This document shows, piece after piece, positions 9,844-19,944 of a stretch of 64,000 nucleotides of DNA. Source of the DNA: a virus. Taxonomy: Duplodnaviria > Caudoviricetes. Position 1 is the stretch's first letter. The number at the start of each line of letters is the position of its first letter. The position numbers were made by a program, and so were the translations under genes. Under the pieces are notes generated by a model. It searched no databases, was not told the DNA's origin, and saw nothing but the letters and a program-made list of their open reading frames with translations. The stretch spans positions 1 to 64,000 of the IMG/VR virus record IMGVR_UViG_3300028591_000146; one strand, 5' to 3'.

Positions 9844-12087
9844 ATGACTTATGTTGGAGAAAATGATCGAGGCTCCAACGATAATAGTGGTATTATAACC
9901 ACGGTGATATCGTTAATAATTGCGGTTATAAATGTATCAGATAGAATAATTAAATATGTGAAAACTAAAAAAGATGAAGAATCAAAACGTTCTGAAAATC
10001 AACCTATCGAATTATATTATAACCCGAACACAAACAGTTATCAATACAAGGCATATGATAACAAATTAAAATATGTAAATGGAGGAAGTAAAATGAACAA
10101 CAATTTTGCGTATGACGTTTATGGCAGTCTGATGAATCCAGATATGCCAGTAAGCGACAACAGTCGTAGACATATGGCTAATAATTATGGATACGACCCA
10201 AATAAAAGAGACTATGTATGGACCAATATGACTCTCGGTCAGGTTCCATCAACATCCGAATATACACCATATGGTGGAAGAACAATGTTCGACCCAACAC
10301 CATTTCTCAGACAGACATCAAGTTATGTAAGAGATCCATATTATCCTTACAGCAATGAAGATATGTCAAATAACTGGAGCATGCCTAAGTTAAACACTGA
10401 GTTCGACAATGATCCTTATGCTGGTATCATTTATAGAAATTTCAAGAATCATTGGACTAGAAGAACTTATAATCCATATGAGCCTGCTAGACCGTTTGCA
10501 ACTTATGATCCTCATTCTATAAATGCAAATGATCCTAACCACAACCCTTTTGGTTGGTCTCAGGGAGTAATTGATGGAATGGTTAATCGTACAAATTATT
10601 ACAAAGATTACATTCTGAATATCAACCGTGAGAATCCATTTGGTGCTCCAAATGATATTGATAATCCTTTCAATACCATGGCTGGTCCTTCTTATATAGG
10701 TCCTGATGGTAGAATGTATACAAGACCGATGCCTGCAGAGCCTGAGGAACATGTCACACGTAATTTTCTCAGAAGAGATGTACCGTGGATGTCTAAAGGT
10801 CCTGAGTGGTTTGGCTGGAATCCTTATGGATTCGGACTTAGCGTATTTAATTCTGATGGAACTCCTAACTACTATAATACCAATAGTAATGGAGGTAGTT
10901 TTGTGAACGTTATGTCAAATACAAGAAGTCAGGTAATGCCTGGTGATACATTAGCACAGCCACTTGGTTCAGATCCATATGTAAGTAAATATTGGCAGGA
11001 TATTGAGAACGCTCGCACATCATATACTCGTCCGATGAGTAATATAAATCTCAATGAAGCAGTATTTAGCAAATGTCAGACAATACAGTCTGATCCAAAC
11101 AAAATGAATCCGAATATGTTTACAAATCCATATTCATCAGCTGTACAGAATCATATTGATCGTAGTCAGCTTGTTATTAATCCTCAGACTGGAATGGACA
11201 TAAATAATTTTAGTCCTAATCAGCCATTGGCTCATGATTCAAATCCGACAATCGATGCATTACTCAACATCACTCCTCAGCAAGCATCTGCTATTAGTCA
11301 GGGCGCTCCAATGCCGGGAACTCAGAACATGCCAATGTATCAGCAGTATCAGCCACAGATGACTCCAAATTATAATTATTCAAATTATAATTATCAGAAT
11401 AATTATCCAAACTATCAGAATAGCTATCCAAACTATAGTCAGCCGCAGTATAATTATGGATATTCTCAGAATCAGGATATAAATAATTATGGTGGTATGC
11501 AGCAGAGCTGTCTTGGTCCTAATGTATATGCTGGTATTCCAGGAAATGATATGGTGATGAGACAGAAGTTCAATGCATATAATGCTCAGGTTAATTATCA
11601 GGCTCCATATCAGTCAGCTTCTTATGGAAATGACTATGGTATGAATCAGGGTTATAATGATAGACGTCAGAGCATGTTTGTTGATAATTATAAGTATGAT
11701 TCACCTAATTACAGAAGTAGCACATACAATCCTAATTATGGTATGAATCCTCAGCCACAACAGCCACAGCCACAGCAGAATGGTGAGAATCCGAATTATG
11801 GAATGTATCAGCCGGTAAACAACAATGTATCAACTTCTGATATATATAACAATGCCACAACGACAGAATCATCATTCTCATTCTCTCATAGCAGTCCTGA
11901 AGTTCAGCGTGCAGCTATGGAAGCTGATATGAAGACAAAGGGTCTTAATGAAATGATGGCTCAGGCATTCTGTAGTGTAGCAGCTGGTGAAGAACCACCA
12001 CAGTTCACAATGCCTGAGAATCAGATGAGCCAGAATGAAACTAATAAGAGTGTATTTGGAATCAATTTTGGCAGCGATGAAGCATAA
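9844..12087 (+). CDS. Low-complexity N/Y/Q/P/M-rich (prion-like) protein with N-terminal hydrophobic helix; second SD-led in-frame start at 10093
   Basis: ORF 9835..12087; e.g. NYNYSNYNYQNNYPNYQNSYPNYSQPQYNYG; SD GGGAG before ATG 9844 and GGAGG before ATG 10093. Confidence 0.8.
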   Translation: MTYVGENDRGSNDNSGIITTVISLIIAVINVSDRIIKYVKTKKDEESKRSENQPIELYYNPNTNSYQYKAYDNKLKYVNGGSKMNNNFAYDVYGSLMNPDMPVSDNSRRHMANNYGYDPNKRDYVWTNMTLGQVPSTSEYTPYGGRTMFDPTPFLRQTSSYVRDPYYPYSNEDMSNNWSMPKLNTEFDNDPYAGIIYRNFKNHWTRRTYNPYEPARPFATYDPHSINANDPNHNPFGWSQGVIDGMVNRTNYYKDYILNINRENPFGAPNDIDNPFNTMAGPSYIGPDGRMYTRPMPAEPEEHVTRNFLRRDVPWMSKGPEWFGWNPYGFGLSVFNSDGTPNYYNTNSNGGSFVNVMSNTRSQVMPGDTLAQPLGSDPYVSKYWQDIENARTSYTRPMSNINLNEAVFSKCQTIQSDPNKMNPNMFTNPYSSAVQNHIDRSQLVINPQTGMDINNFSPNQPLAHDSNPTIDALLNITPQQASAISQGAPMPGTQNMPMYQQYQPQMTPNYNYSNYNYQNNYPNYQNSYPNYSQPQYNYGYSQNQDINNYGGMQQSCLGPNVYAGIPGNDMVMRQKFNAYNAQVNYQAPYQSASYGNDYGMNQGYNDRRQSMFVDNYKYDSPNYRSSTYNPNYGMNPQPQQPQPQQNGENPNYGMYQPVNNNVSTSDIYNNATTTESSFSFSHSSPEVQRAAMEADMKTKGLNEMMAQAFCSVAAGEEPPQFTMPENQMSQNETNKSVFGINFGSDEA

Positions 12088-12133
12088 TATATTAATTTAA
12101 TATATATTATAGAAATAAGAAGGAGGAGAACTT

Positions 12134-12592
12134 ATGTTCGAAAACACAAGAGCGTGGTCAACGGTTTGTGATTGTCTTGAAATCGCCAACAGAGCAATTC
12201 GTTCAATCGCATTACAGCAGCCGTTCTATCCACAGCAGGGCTACGGATATCCGGAAGTACCGCCACAGCATGCATCACGTCGTGATGCACAGTATGGTGC
12301 ACCTGTATATCCACAGCAGAATCAGTATACTGCGTATCCGAACCCGCAGTATCCACCACAGTTTCCTCAGGGTTATGCAACACCGTATATCCCAGGAAAG
12401 ACAAACCCCAATTATGGTATCAGTGGTGCTGCAGCGTATGCTCAGCCTCAGCAGGGACATGCTAACTATGACGCATACTTCCATCCCATGACATACCAGC
12501 AGCAGGCACCTCCTGATCCGAATATAACTTGCTCATTCGGATATGGTGCAGTACCAATCAAGAACAACAACGGAGGACAGTATGGCTATTGA
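12134..12592 (+). CDS. Low-complexity Q/P/Y/G-rich protein
   Basis: 152 aa, SD AGGAGGAG; YPQQ/YPNPQYPPQ repeats. Confidence 0.8.
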   Translation: MFENTRAWSTVCDCLEIANRAIRSIALQQPFYPQQGYGYPEVPPQHASRRDAQYGAPVYPQQNQYTAYPNPQYPPQFPQGYATPYIPGKTNPNYGISGAAAYAQPQQGHANYDAYFHPMTYQQQAPPDPNITCSFGYGAVPIKNNNGGQYGY

Positions 12593-12947
12593 GTTTAAAG
12601 AATACTGTGATAATTTCGCAGTGGTTGAGAATGTTACTATCACAGATGATAGAACTATTCCGGATGAATATAAGAAGACTGTTGAGAAGGTAATTGATGA
12701 TCTCAAGCTGAGAGTCGATGACTTTGATGAGGTATCAATCAATTATATCCAGCTCACTCTCGATGCAGTTAAGGATTTTGAGACAGCTCTCAGTCATACC
12801 AAGGGAAATATTCCTGATGGTATTATGAATGTTCTCGCTATTGAGTTATACGGTAAAGAGTTCAATGAGCTTGATGATGATAAGAAGTCGATAATAATAA
12901 CCGTATCGACATACATCTGTGTAGCAAGAAATAAGAAACTGCAATAA
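12582..12947 (+). CDS. Hypothetical acidic protein
   Basis: ORF 12543..12947; SD GGAGG favours ATG 12582. Confidence 0.75.
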   Translation: MAIEFKEYCDNFAVVENVTITDDRTIPDEYKKTVEKVIDDLKLRVDDFDEVSINYIQLTLDAVKDFETALSHTKGNIPDGIMNVLAIELYGKEFNELDDDKKSIIITVSTYICVARNKKLQ

Positions 12948-12954
12948 GCTTAAT

Positions 12955-13076
12955 GGGGAATGCATTTAAGTCGATAAATTTAATAAAGGAGGATATACTG
13001 GCAAGATGCATTCCCGACATTATCCGAACGACGACGGATACTATCGTCAGATAGATTGTCAGTAAAATGTACCATG
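12955..13076 (+). ncRNA. Structured cis-acting leader RNA, copy 1 (pseudoknot enclosing SD)
   Basis: P1 GGGAATGCATTT/AGATGCATTCCC; P2 TACTGGCAA/TTGTCAGTA; hairpins TATCCG/CGGATA and CTATC/GATAG; same topology as 31138..31264. Confidence 0.65.
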
Positions 13077-13712
13077 AATAAAGGTAACATTAAAATGGAT
13101 GAACTTAAGAAAGGCTGGGTAACAGCAGCCGAGGTTCATGCACATCTCGAGAGTGTTCTCAAGTGTCCAATCAAGAGTGACTTCAAGGTGATCACAGGAG
13201 CAAACCCTTTTGACGTTTATGTCAGAATGCGTATCGCAATCGAGGATAAGTATGCACTCGACACAACAGGTGCAAACAGCTATGTTGATCAGGTTCTGGC
13301 TGCTAACTGCAGTGAGCTTCCCCTGAGAGATTCTATCTATAAGAAGCTCCTGAAGTTCATGTATCCTCAGGATGTAAATGATCTTCGTCAGTTCATCCTC
13401 AATCAGAATCCACAGAAGCTTCTCAACAAGGGTATCTATGGTGCGAATCTTAAGGAACTTCTCGACAACGCAACACCTCACCACAGTGCAAAGTATTCAG
13501 AGATCGCTGTATATGTAATGCCTGAGGCAATCATCAGAGACATGGTTGTTGATCCCGCAGATGATGACGATGTTGACTTCTTCATCGATCTCGTTACAAA
13601 TGATCCTACAAACGGCGTACGCTGGAGAGCTTGCACAGTTAAGTATGTTGCTAAGACAATCATGACAACACATGATGATGCAACAATCCAGAAGATTTAC
13701 GAATCTCTTTAA
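13074..13712 (+). CDS. Hypothetical protein behind structured leader
   Basis: ORF 13056..13712; in-frame ATG at 13074 in conserved TACCATG context; codon usage resembles abundant structural genes. Confidence 0.75.
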   Translation: MNKGNIKMDELKKGWVTAAEVHAHLESVLKCPIKSDFKVITGANPFDVYVRMRIAIEDKYALDTTGANSYVDQVLAANCSELPLRDSIYKKLLKFMYPQDVNDLRQFILNQNPQKLLNKGIYGANLKELLDNATPHHSAKYSEIAVYVMPEAIIRDMVVDPADDDDVDFFIDLVTNDPTNGVRWRACTVKYVAKTIMTTHDDATIQKIYESL

Positions 13713-13726
13713 TTAAAATATGGAAG

Positions 13727-13750
13727 TGCACGGGATATATATCCCGTGTA
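13727..13750 (+). terminator. Stem-loop terminator
   Basis: TGCACGGGAT-ATAT-ATCCCGTGTA. Confidence 0.6.
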
Positions 13751-13773
13751 TCTTCTATTATGGAGGTGATAAA

Positions 13774-14862
13774 ATGATAGTTGAAATTAGTCAGATGATA
13801 ACTATGATAGAGGATTTCATAAGAGATCAGTCTCGTTATGTTATGGATGTTGGGGGTTGTGTTGGCACAGGTATTTTCAGAATATGTATTGAGACTGTAG
13901 CTCAGTTCTATGATTTCTCTAGAATACTCGTCATTGAAGGTTGCCAAGATTTCGTTGAGATGCAAAGACATCGTTTACCGAATCAGATTTTCTATGCTGA
14001 AAGCGTGACGAGTGAATTGGATGATACATTCTACAAACTGGATGATCCTAACACTCCTAAGTTTATGCGTAGTGATTTAACAGTCACAACAAATCCAAAC
14101 GACTTGAATATGTTTGATATCATCATCATTAATGATGCTCATCTTATACCGAGTGAAACTTTAAAGATGATTCGTAATAGATTCTATGCGAAGATAATCA
14201 ATATTGTAGATCCGTTTGATTATAAGAGTGAACAGTGGATGAGTGCTCCTACAGTAATTGATTCATTGAATAAATTATCTCTCATTCAAGCATATGCCAG
14301 AAGAGTATATAAGATTGAGACTCGTGCAATTGATAAGAATGTTTCATGTGGATTCAAGGATGTTGGTAATATATCAATACGAAGTGTTGGTAAACGTGAT
14401 AAACATCAGTATGTTACTCCATCGAAAGATATTATCGATTTAATCAATAAGCGTCGTAAACAAGACTTGAGACGTGGACAGAAGATAATCTGCACGAATA
14501 AATACATCGATGTATTGAAGGGTGAAGATGGTTTTGATCATGTATTCACAAATCATTCGATGGGAATCCTTCAATCTAATAGACAGCTTCTCAATAGTGG
14601 TAGTTATAATGTCAGACTTCATAACAGTATTCACAATGTCAATACTCAGTTGACATTTGATGCTGAACATGCTTATCACTTTGATACTACATGTATACCT
14701 GCTGATATTATATCTATTGATGAGATGAGACATCATAAGTTTAATTCGATTGTATTAGTATTACCCGACGACAAAGGTATAACCCTTCGCGAGATGTATA
14801 GTGTACTCAGATGCACAAACAATCTCACAGTGGGACATCTTAAAATGAAAGCGGGTAATTGA
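13774..14862 (+). CDS. Degenerate RecD/Dda-like (SF1B) helicase-fold protein, probably catalytically inactive
   Basis: Walker A-like GCVGTGIF (no Lys), Walker B-like IIIINDA, motif III-like IVDPFD, GQKIICTNK; SD GGAGGTG before ATG 13774. Confidence 0.5.
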   Translation: MIVEISQMITMIEDFIRDQSRYVMDVGGCVGTGIFRICIETVAQFYDFSRILVIEGCQDFVEMQRHRLPNQIFYAESVTSELDDTFYKLDDPNTPKFMRSDLTVTTNPNDLNMFDIIIINDAHLIPSETLKMIRNRFYAKIINIVDPFDYKSEQWMSAPTVIDSLNKLSLIQAYARRVYKIETRAIDKNVSCGFKDVGNISIRSVGKRDKHQYVTPSKDIIDLINKRRKQDLRRGQKIICTNKYIDVLKGEDGFDHVFTNHSMGILQSNRQLLNSGSYNVRLHNSIHNVNTQLTFDAEHAYHFDTTCIPADIISIDEMRHHKFNSIVLVLPDDKGITLREMYSVLRCTNNLTVGHLKMKAGN

Positions 14863-14863
14863 C

Positions 14864-15460
14864 ATGTTCTCTATAAAGAAATTAATGAATCGAAAAACTG
14901 ATGAAAAACAATGCATCTCATATAAGCATCTGGTATTCGACATTCGTAATTGTTCTGAAACCACATTAGCCTCATTCATTGAGCATACTGATGTTCAATC
15001 GATGAAAGCTGCTGATAAGTTAAGTGAATTGGTTGATCACATTGTTGCATCAATTGATTTATATGCTGAGAATAAATTTGCAGTTCCATCAACAATCCTC
15101 GGATTGAGAAATGGAGCTGTAAAGCTCAGTGATGGAACAAGAATGTTCATAGCTGCGTTGTTTGATAATCTCTCCAATCGTGAGTGTGAAATCAATGAAC
15201 TCATGCAGAGATTCATCAAAGCAACAGATCTTATCATGACAGCTAGAAAGATAATAATGCATTCAATAGAACTTGAATTCAGAATGGTTCAGTATGATGT
15301 CGATATCATCGAGCGTTACTATCAACAACAAAAGCATCCTAATAAAGACATAATATTCAATGTGTCATTTAAACAACCTTCACATATTCTAAAAACTCAA
15401 AAGGAGGACAAGCCTAATGGGTCAGTTAAACGAAACGGAACTCAGAGCAATGGGATATGA
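14864..15460 (+). CDS. Hypothetical protein
   Basis: 198 aa ORF in operon. Confidence 0.7.
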   Translation: MFSIKKLMNRKTDEKQCISYKHLVFDIRNCSETTLASFIEHTDVQSMKAADKLSELVDHIVASIDLYAENKFAVPSTILGLRNGAVKLSDGTRMFIAALFDNLSNRECEINELMQRFIKATDLIMTARKIIMHSIELEFRMVQYDVDIIERYYQQQKHPNKDIIFNVSFKQPSHILKTQKEDKPNGSVKRNGTQSNGI

Positions 15461-17219
15461 ACAGAAGTTCGATTACTCCCAATTCAGTCATGACAATGAC
15501 ATCAATGTTATCCCGAAGAAAGATTTCAAACGTCTCATTCGTGATACATTTAAAACAATCACAACTGTTGTCAAAGAAACATACGGACCGTATGGATCTA
15601 CATATACACTCAATGAGTTGAATCAGACTTCTTCAACAAAGGATGGATACAATTCATTTGAAGCTATTCACTTCTCCCATCAGTATAAGCAGATGGTTAA
15701 ACTCACAATCGGAAAGATATGTTCGCGTGTAAATGAAGTAGTAGGTGATGGCACAACATCATGCTTACTTCTTGCAGACAAGATATTCGATTCGATAGAT
15801 GAGACATTGAAGACCCCTGAGGATGAGAGACTTATCAATGACATTCTTACAGATGTACAGAAGTTCTTCAATGACAGTTTGGCTTTCGCAACTGATTATG
15901 ATTATATCAAACCTTTGAATCATGAATCTCTTGAGAGTGTATTGATGATGGCTTCCAATCATGACAAGAAACTCCGCGATACTCTTATCGATGCTCTTGA
16001 TGTAAAGTATGCTTCAGATGGATCAGTTACATCAATCAACAACATCAATGTTCAGACAAGAATCGATCAGAGTGTTTCAACAAAGTATGAGATACTCAAG
16101 ATGCCTGGTGACTATCGTGTCGAAGTTGGTATGTTCCCGAATGACATTGCTTTGTTACTCGAGAAACAGAACGTTGTGATTATTGCATATGATCATAACT
16201 TCAGTGAAGCTGATTTCACAAGCTTCATCACTACATATAAGGATAAGTATTGTCTGAATAATAAAGCTCATAAGATTCTGAATACGGATGGTACATTATC
16301 TGATGAGAGTGAAGCTAGCAATATTCCCCGTCCGATTATTCTTTTATGTGCAACGAATTTCAATCAGCGTGTAATCGATGATTACATGGTAACCTTCCTC
16401 AAGAGTGAAGCTATCTATAATCGTTCACATAACATCATACCTGTAACAGTCAAAGGTTCATACGCACGTAATGAGATACGTGATCTTGCTGCAGTTGCTG
16501 GAGTTCCATGTCACACTGTATATACACCAACAATCAAGTTTGAAGACTTTGATAAGTTCACTACTGTCACAGTATTCAACAATGATTGTCTCTGCATGTA
16601 TGATGTAAAACCTCCGGCTAATTATATTGAAGCTCTCAATATTGATATGCAGAATGAGGAAACTTCCAGTCGTCGTATACAGATGAAGAAGCGTATTGAT
16701 GCTTTGATGATGACTAAGTCAGACACTACTATCAATCTCACAGTTCCTAACAGTCTTGAACAGAAGATGCTTGAGGATAAGATTGATGACTGTGTTTCTA
16801 TCATCGAATCCGCATTCGAACATGGATGCGTTCCGAACTTATTCAAGTTCGCTCATACAATTCTGAAGATGTATAAGACAACAGACGACCGTACGGCAAC
16901 TGTTATTAATTCTATAATCAAATCTATTGAAGGAATCTTTACTGATGTTTGGATTTCCAAATATGGTGATGATGAGAATCTTATAACAGAACGCACAAAC
17001 AGAATGACATCATTCTATGAATCATATGACGTTTCATATGATATAATAAATGATGACTTCATACCACTCGAGAAACTCTCTACATCAGTACAATATGATG
17101 TCGAGGTTGTATGTGCAACTCTCGAAATCGTTAAATTCTTACTCACATCCAGAGGTCTTATATTTGATTCATGCTTACTGCAGATGCATGGAGATAATGG
17201 ACGTTATGTACCTACATGA
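15417..17219 (+). CDS. GroEL-like phage chaperonin
   Basis: TYGPYG, TKDG, VGDGTTS ATP-binding motif, KIDD; 600 aa. Confidence 0.85.
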   Translation: MGQLNETELRAMGYEQKFDYSQFSHDNDINVIPKKDFKRLIRDTFKTITTVVKETYGPYGSTYTLNELNQTSSTKDGYNSFEAIHFSHQYKQMVKLTIGKICSRVNEVVGDGTTSCLLLADKIFDSIDETLKTPEDERLINDILTDVQKFFNDSLAFATDYDYIKPLNHESLESVLMMASNHDKKLRDTLIDALDVKYASDGSVTSINNINVQTRIDQSVSTKYEILKMPGDYRVEVGMFPNDIALLLEKQNVVIIAYDHNFSEADFTSFITTYKDKYCLNNKAHKILNTDGTLSDESEASNIPRPIILLCATNFNQRVIDDYMVTFLKSEAIYNRSHNIIPVTVKGSYARNEIRDLAAVAGVPCHTVYTPTIKFEDFDKFTTVTVFNNDCLCMYDVKPPANYIEALNIDMQNEETSSRRIQMKKRIDALMMTKSDTTINLTVPNSLEQKMLEDKIDDCVSIIESAFEHGCVPNLFKFAHTILKMYKTTDDRTATVINSIIKSIEGIFTDVWISKYGDDENLITERTNRMTSFYESYDVSYDIINDDFIPLEKLSTSVQYDVEVVCATLEIVKFLLTSRGLIFDSCLLQMHGDNGRYVPT

Positions 17220-17228
17220 TATAGTTGT

Positions 17229-17254
17229 TCAACCCCGGGAATTCCCGGGGTTGA
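17229..17254. terminator. Palindromic stem-loop
   Basis: TCAACCCCGGG-AATT-CCCGGGGTTGA. Confidence 0.65.
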
Positions 17255-17315
17255 TTAATTAAAGTATCACATTAACAGTTCATTACATGAATCAAAAATG
17301 AAGGATGTGATTGGA

Positions 17316-19830
17316 ATGAAACAACTCAAACAATCGATATATAAAAATATATTATCGGTTATTACACAGCACCAGTTCAGGACTTCACAGAACATGATTC
17401 TGTTTTCAAGAATCCTGACTGCATATCCAACGAACAAAGGAAGTTACTACTTAACAACTCAACGTGTTATCTCGTATCTTGAACGTGGAGTCAGAGATAT
17501 ATCGTTGATGATTGAAACGATGAAAGTTGAGGGTGAAGATGAAGAGATATATAATACTCTTGCAGACATTGTAAGAAACCCAACCATTACTACAATTCCG
17601 GAAGTGGTTCATCTTACAAAGATATTATCTACATATCTGAAGTATGCAAACATTCTGAAAGTAAAGAACACATTCATCACATCGATGGATATGATTGATG
17701 ATGAGAATGAGGAGAATCTCTCTGAGTCAGTTGAAAGAGTTCACGAGTTTGCTAAGCAGATATGTGATGCATATGATGTAGCAAACGTATCAGTATCACA
17801 ACATCAATTTGATACTGGACAACCGGAATTAATGGAAAACGTTGTTGCTCATGCTCAGGATTCTACAAACATATCAAATGTTGTCGTTACTGGAGTCAGA
17901 GCACTCAACACATTACTTTCACCAGGTTATGTAAATGGAGCTTTGTATGTATATGCAGCTCTTCCAGCTAACTATAAATCTGGTATCCTACTTGAATCAC
18001 ATATCGATGTTCTTCGTTATAATGATCATCTGAAAGAATCGTTAAATGGAAAACGCCCAGTATCCATTTACATATCAATGGAGAACAACATGTCTCAGAC
18101 TATCAAACGTCTGTGGAGTATTCTTTATCCGAATACAGATATGAGATCATATACAGCTTCAGAAGCAACAAAGATGTTCAATACAGCTTTGAATTCACAT
18201 GGATTCCGTTCTGTAATATTGTATTATGGATATCGAGAGAAATCTACTAAAGATATCCGTGATATCATCAATACATTCAATACTGATAAAGAACAGGTTG
18301 TTGCAGTATTCTTTGATTATATAAAGCGAGTTCGTCCAGGTCGCACAGATGCTTCAACTCTCAGTAGTGAAAAGTCTGAGTTAAATGTTATCATGAACGA
18401 ATTCAAAAGTATTGCTGTTGAATTGGATATTCCATTCATAACAGCTCATCAGTTAAACCGTTCAGGAGCTCAAGCACTTGATGATGCATATCGTAATCGT
18501 GCTAATGGAAATGTACGTTCTGACATATTACTTGGTAGAAGTAATATTTCTGTTGCGTAAACAAAACTGCGCCACATACAAGTGATTGTATGTGCAAACC
18601 TATTTAACTGCTGGGATCACGTAACGTAATGTCGGGATGACATAACAGTGTATCAGCCACCAAATTAAATTTCGGAATTATATCAATATGAAAGGAGTGA
18701 TGATTATTAAAGATAATACTTCTGAGATTATTTATCAATATCTAAAGACTGTGAAATGGAAACCAGTTGTATATGCTGATATAAAACCCGGAATGTATGA
18801 GGTTTCTAATTATGGATTCATACGAAATATTCATAGTGGAAATATCATGTCAATATGCTTATCTGAAAAAGGATATGCGATGGTTGAATTGATGTCAGTC
18901 TCTGGTAGAGCAAAAACAAAGAAACTTCATCGAATAGTTGCAAAACATTTCGTTGATGGTGAAACTTCTGAAAAATGTGAAGTTGATCATCTTGATGGTA
19001 ATAAGATGAATAATAGAGCTTCTAATCTTGAATGGGTTACACATTTGGAAAACATTCGCAGAGCTTATAAACACAATCTCATACCTATCAAGAAATGTGA
19101 AGACCATCCACATTCAATATTAACCAATAAAGAAGTTCATGAAATATGTAAGACTCTTGTTAAATTTGATGGTGATTGTAAGAAAACTCTTGTTGAGTTA
19201 CGAGATCATATAAATTGTACACTAAGTCTTATTCATGGTATAAAATATAAGAATTGCTATAAGTCAATATCTGATTTATACTTTAATAAAAATTCATTTC
19301 CGAAATTTAAAAGGTTCAACGACTATCGAAACTAACTCAATCATACTAACACGTCGGGAGACGTCTTGATTGGAATAAGGATGTCATATCCGAAAGGAGT
19401 AGAGTAGCGCCAAAGCGATGTGTGGTTCTGGTTGAGAGTAATAATCTCATAATTCCAGATTAAAGCGAAATGGTAGGGTTCTTGTTAAAGAACGTGATAT
19501 AGTCTCACCGTCTGTTATAATGACAGAGAAGTTCATAAGAGAACTGCATGACGTAGCGAATCATGTGAAGATTTTGGGGAGATTCTTGAAGTTGCAGACT
19601 GGTTAGGAATCATAAATATTGATATGGTTGGTGATGAAAAATATCTTATGATAAAAGCTGCAAAGCAACGTGAGAAAGATCAAGCAGATCAATCAACATG
19701 TATTGCTTATAGACAACCATTCCTCACACCAACATCATTTGCGTTGAGAACTGATATAACTGAAAATGTTCCTCTGGGTCAGCCGTTATATACAGAACTT
19801 CAGCAACTCAATTACGCTAGAGCTCAATAA
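17316..19830 (+). CDS. DnaB-like replicative helicase, spliced: join(17316..18558,19577..19830), 498 aa
   Basis: Walker A-like ALPANYKS, YISMEN, VFFDYI, ITAHQLNR; splicing gives SNISVA-W-EILEVAD (DnaB S..IEQDAD motif) in frame. Confidence 0.85.
18559..19576 (+). mobile_element. Group I intron in DnaB-like gene
   Basis: P1 exon GCGU with IGS GCGC (U.G at splice site); core elements AACTGCTGGGA, TTCAACGACTA, GATATAGTC; terminal G 19576; removal restores frame. Confidence 0.85.
18688..19335 (+). CDS. Intron-encoded HNH homing endonuclease (NUMOD4-HNH type)
   Basis: YEVSNYG, LHRIVAKHF, VDHLDGNKMNNRASNLEW; ORF reads into intron core (FNDYR). Confidence 0.9.
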   Translation: MKGVMIIKDNTSEIIYQYLKTVKWKPVVYADIKPGMYEVSNYGFIRNIHSGNIMSICLSEKGYAMVELMSVSGRAKTKKLHRIVAKHFVDGETSEKCEVDHLDGNKMNNRASNLEWVTHLENIRRAYKHNLIPIKKCEDHPHSILTNKEVHEICKTLVKFDGDCKKTLVELRDHINCTLSLIHGIKYKNCYKSISDLYFNKNSFPKFKRFNDYRN

Positions 19831-19836
19831 TCCAAT

Positions 19837-19858
19837 CAAGCTTGGTAGGGCAAGCTTG
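19837..19858. terminator. Stem-loop after helicase
   Basis: CAAGCTTG-GTAGGG-CAAGCTTG. Confidence 0.4.
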
Positions 19859-19874
19859 TAAAAATATATAAACG

Positions 19875-19894
19875 ATATTTATATTGTTAAAATG
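19875..19894 (+). promoter_or_regulatory. Early-type promoter
   Basis: ATATTTATATTGTTAAAATG. Confidence 0.5.
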
Positions 19895-19944
19895 GATAAC
19901 AGAAGGATACTGTTATCTGAAATCAGAAATAGGAGGAAAATACA

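Noticed and set aside
12955-13076. HDV-like/theta or hammerhead ribozyme identity for the leader
   Set aside because: No P3/P1.1 nested within P1-P2 and no CUGANGA/GAAA core
18558-18560. Stop-codon recoding or pseudogenisation of DnaB and beta-N genes
   Set aside because: Both interruptions are fully explained by group I introns; other genes are intact under the standard code
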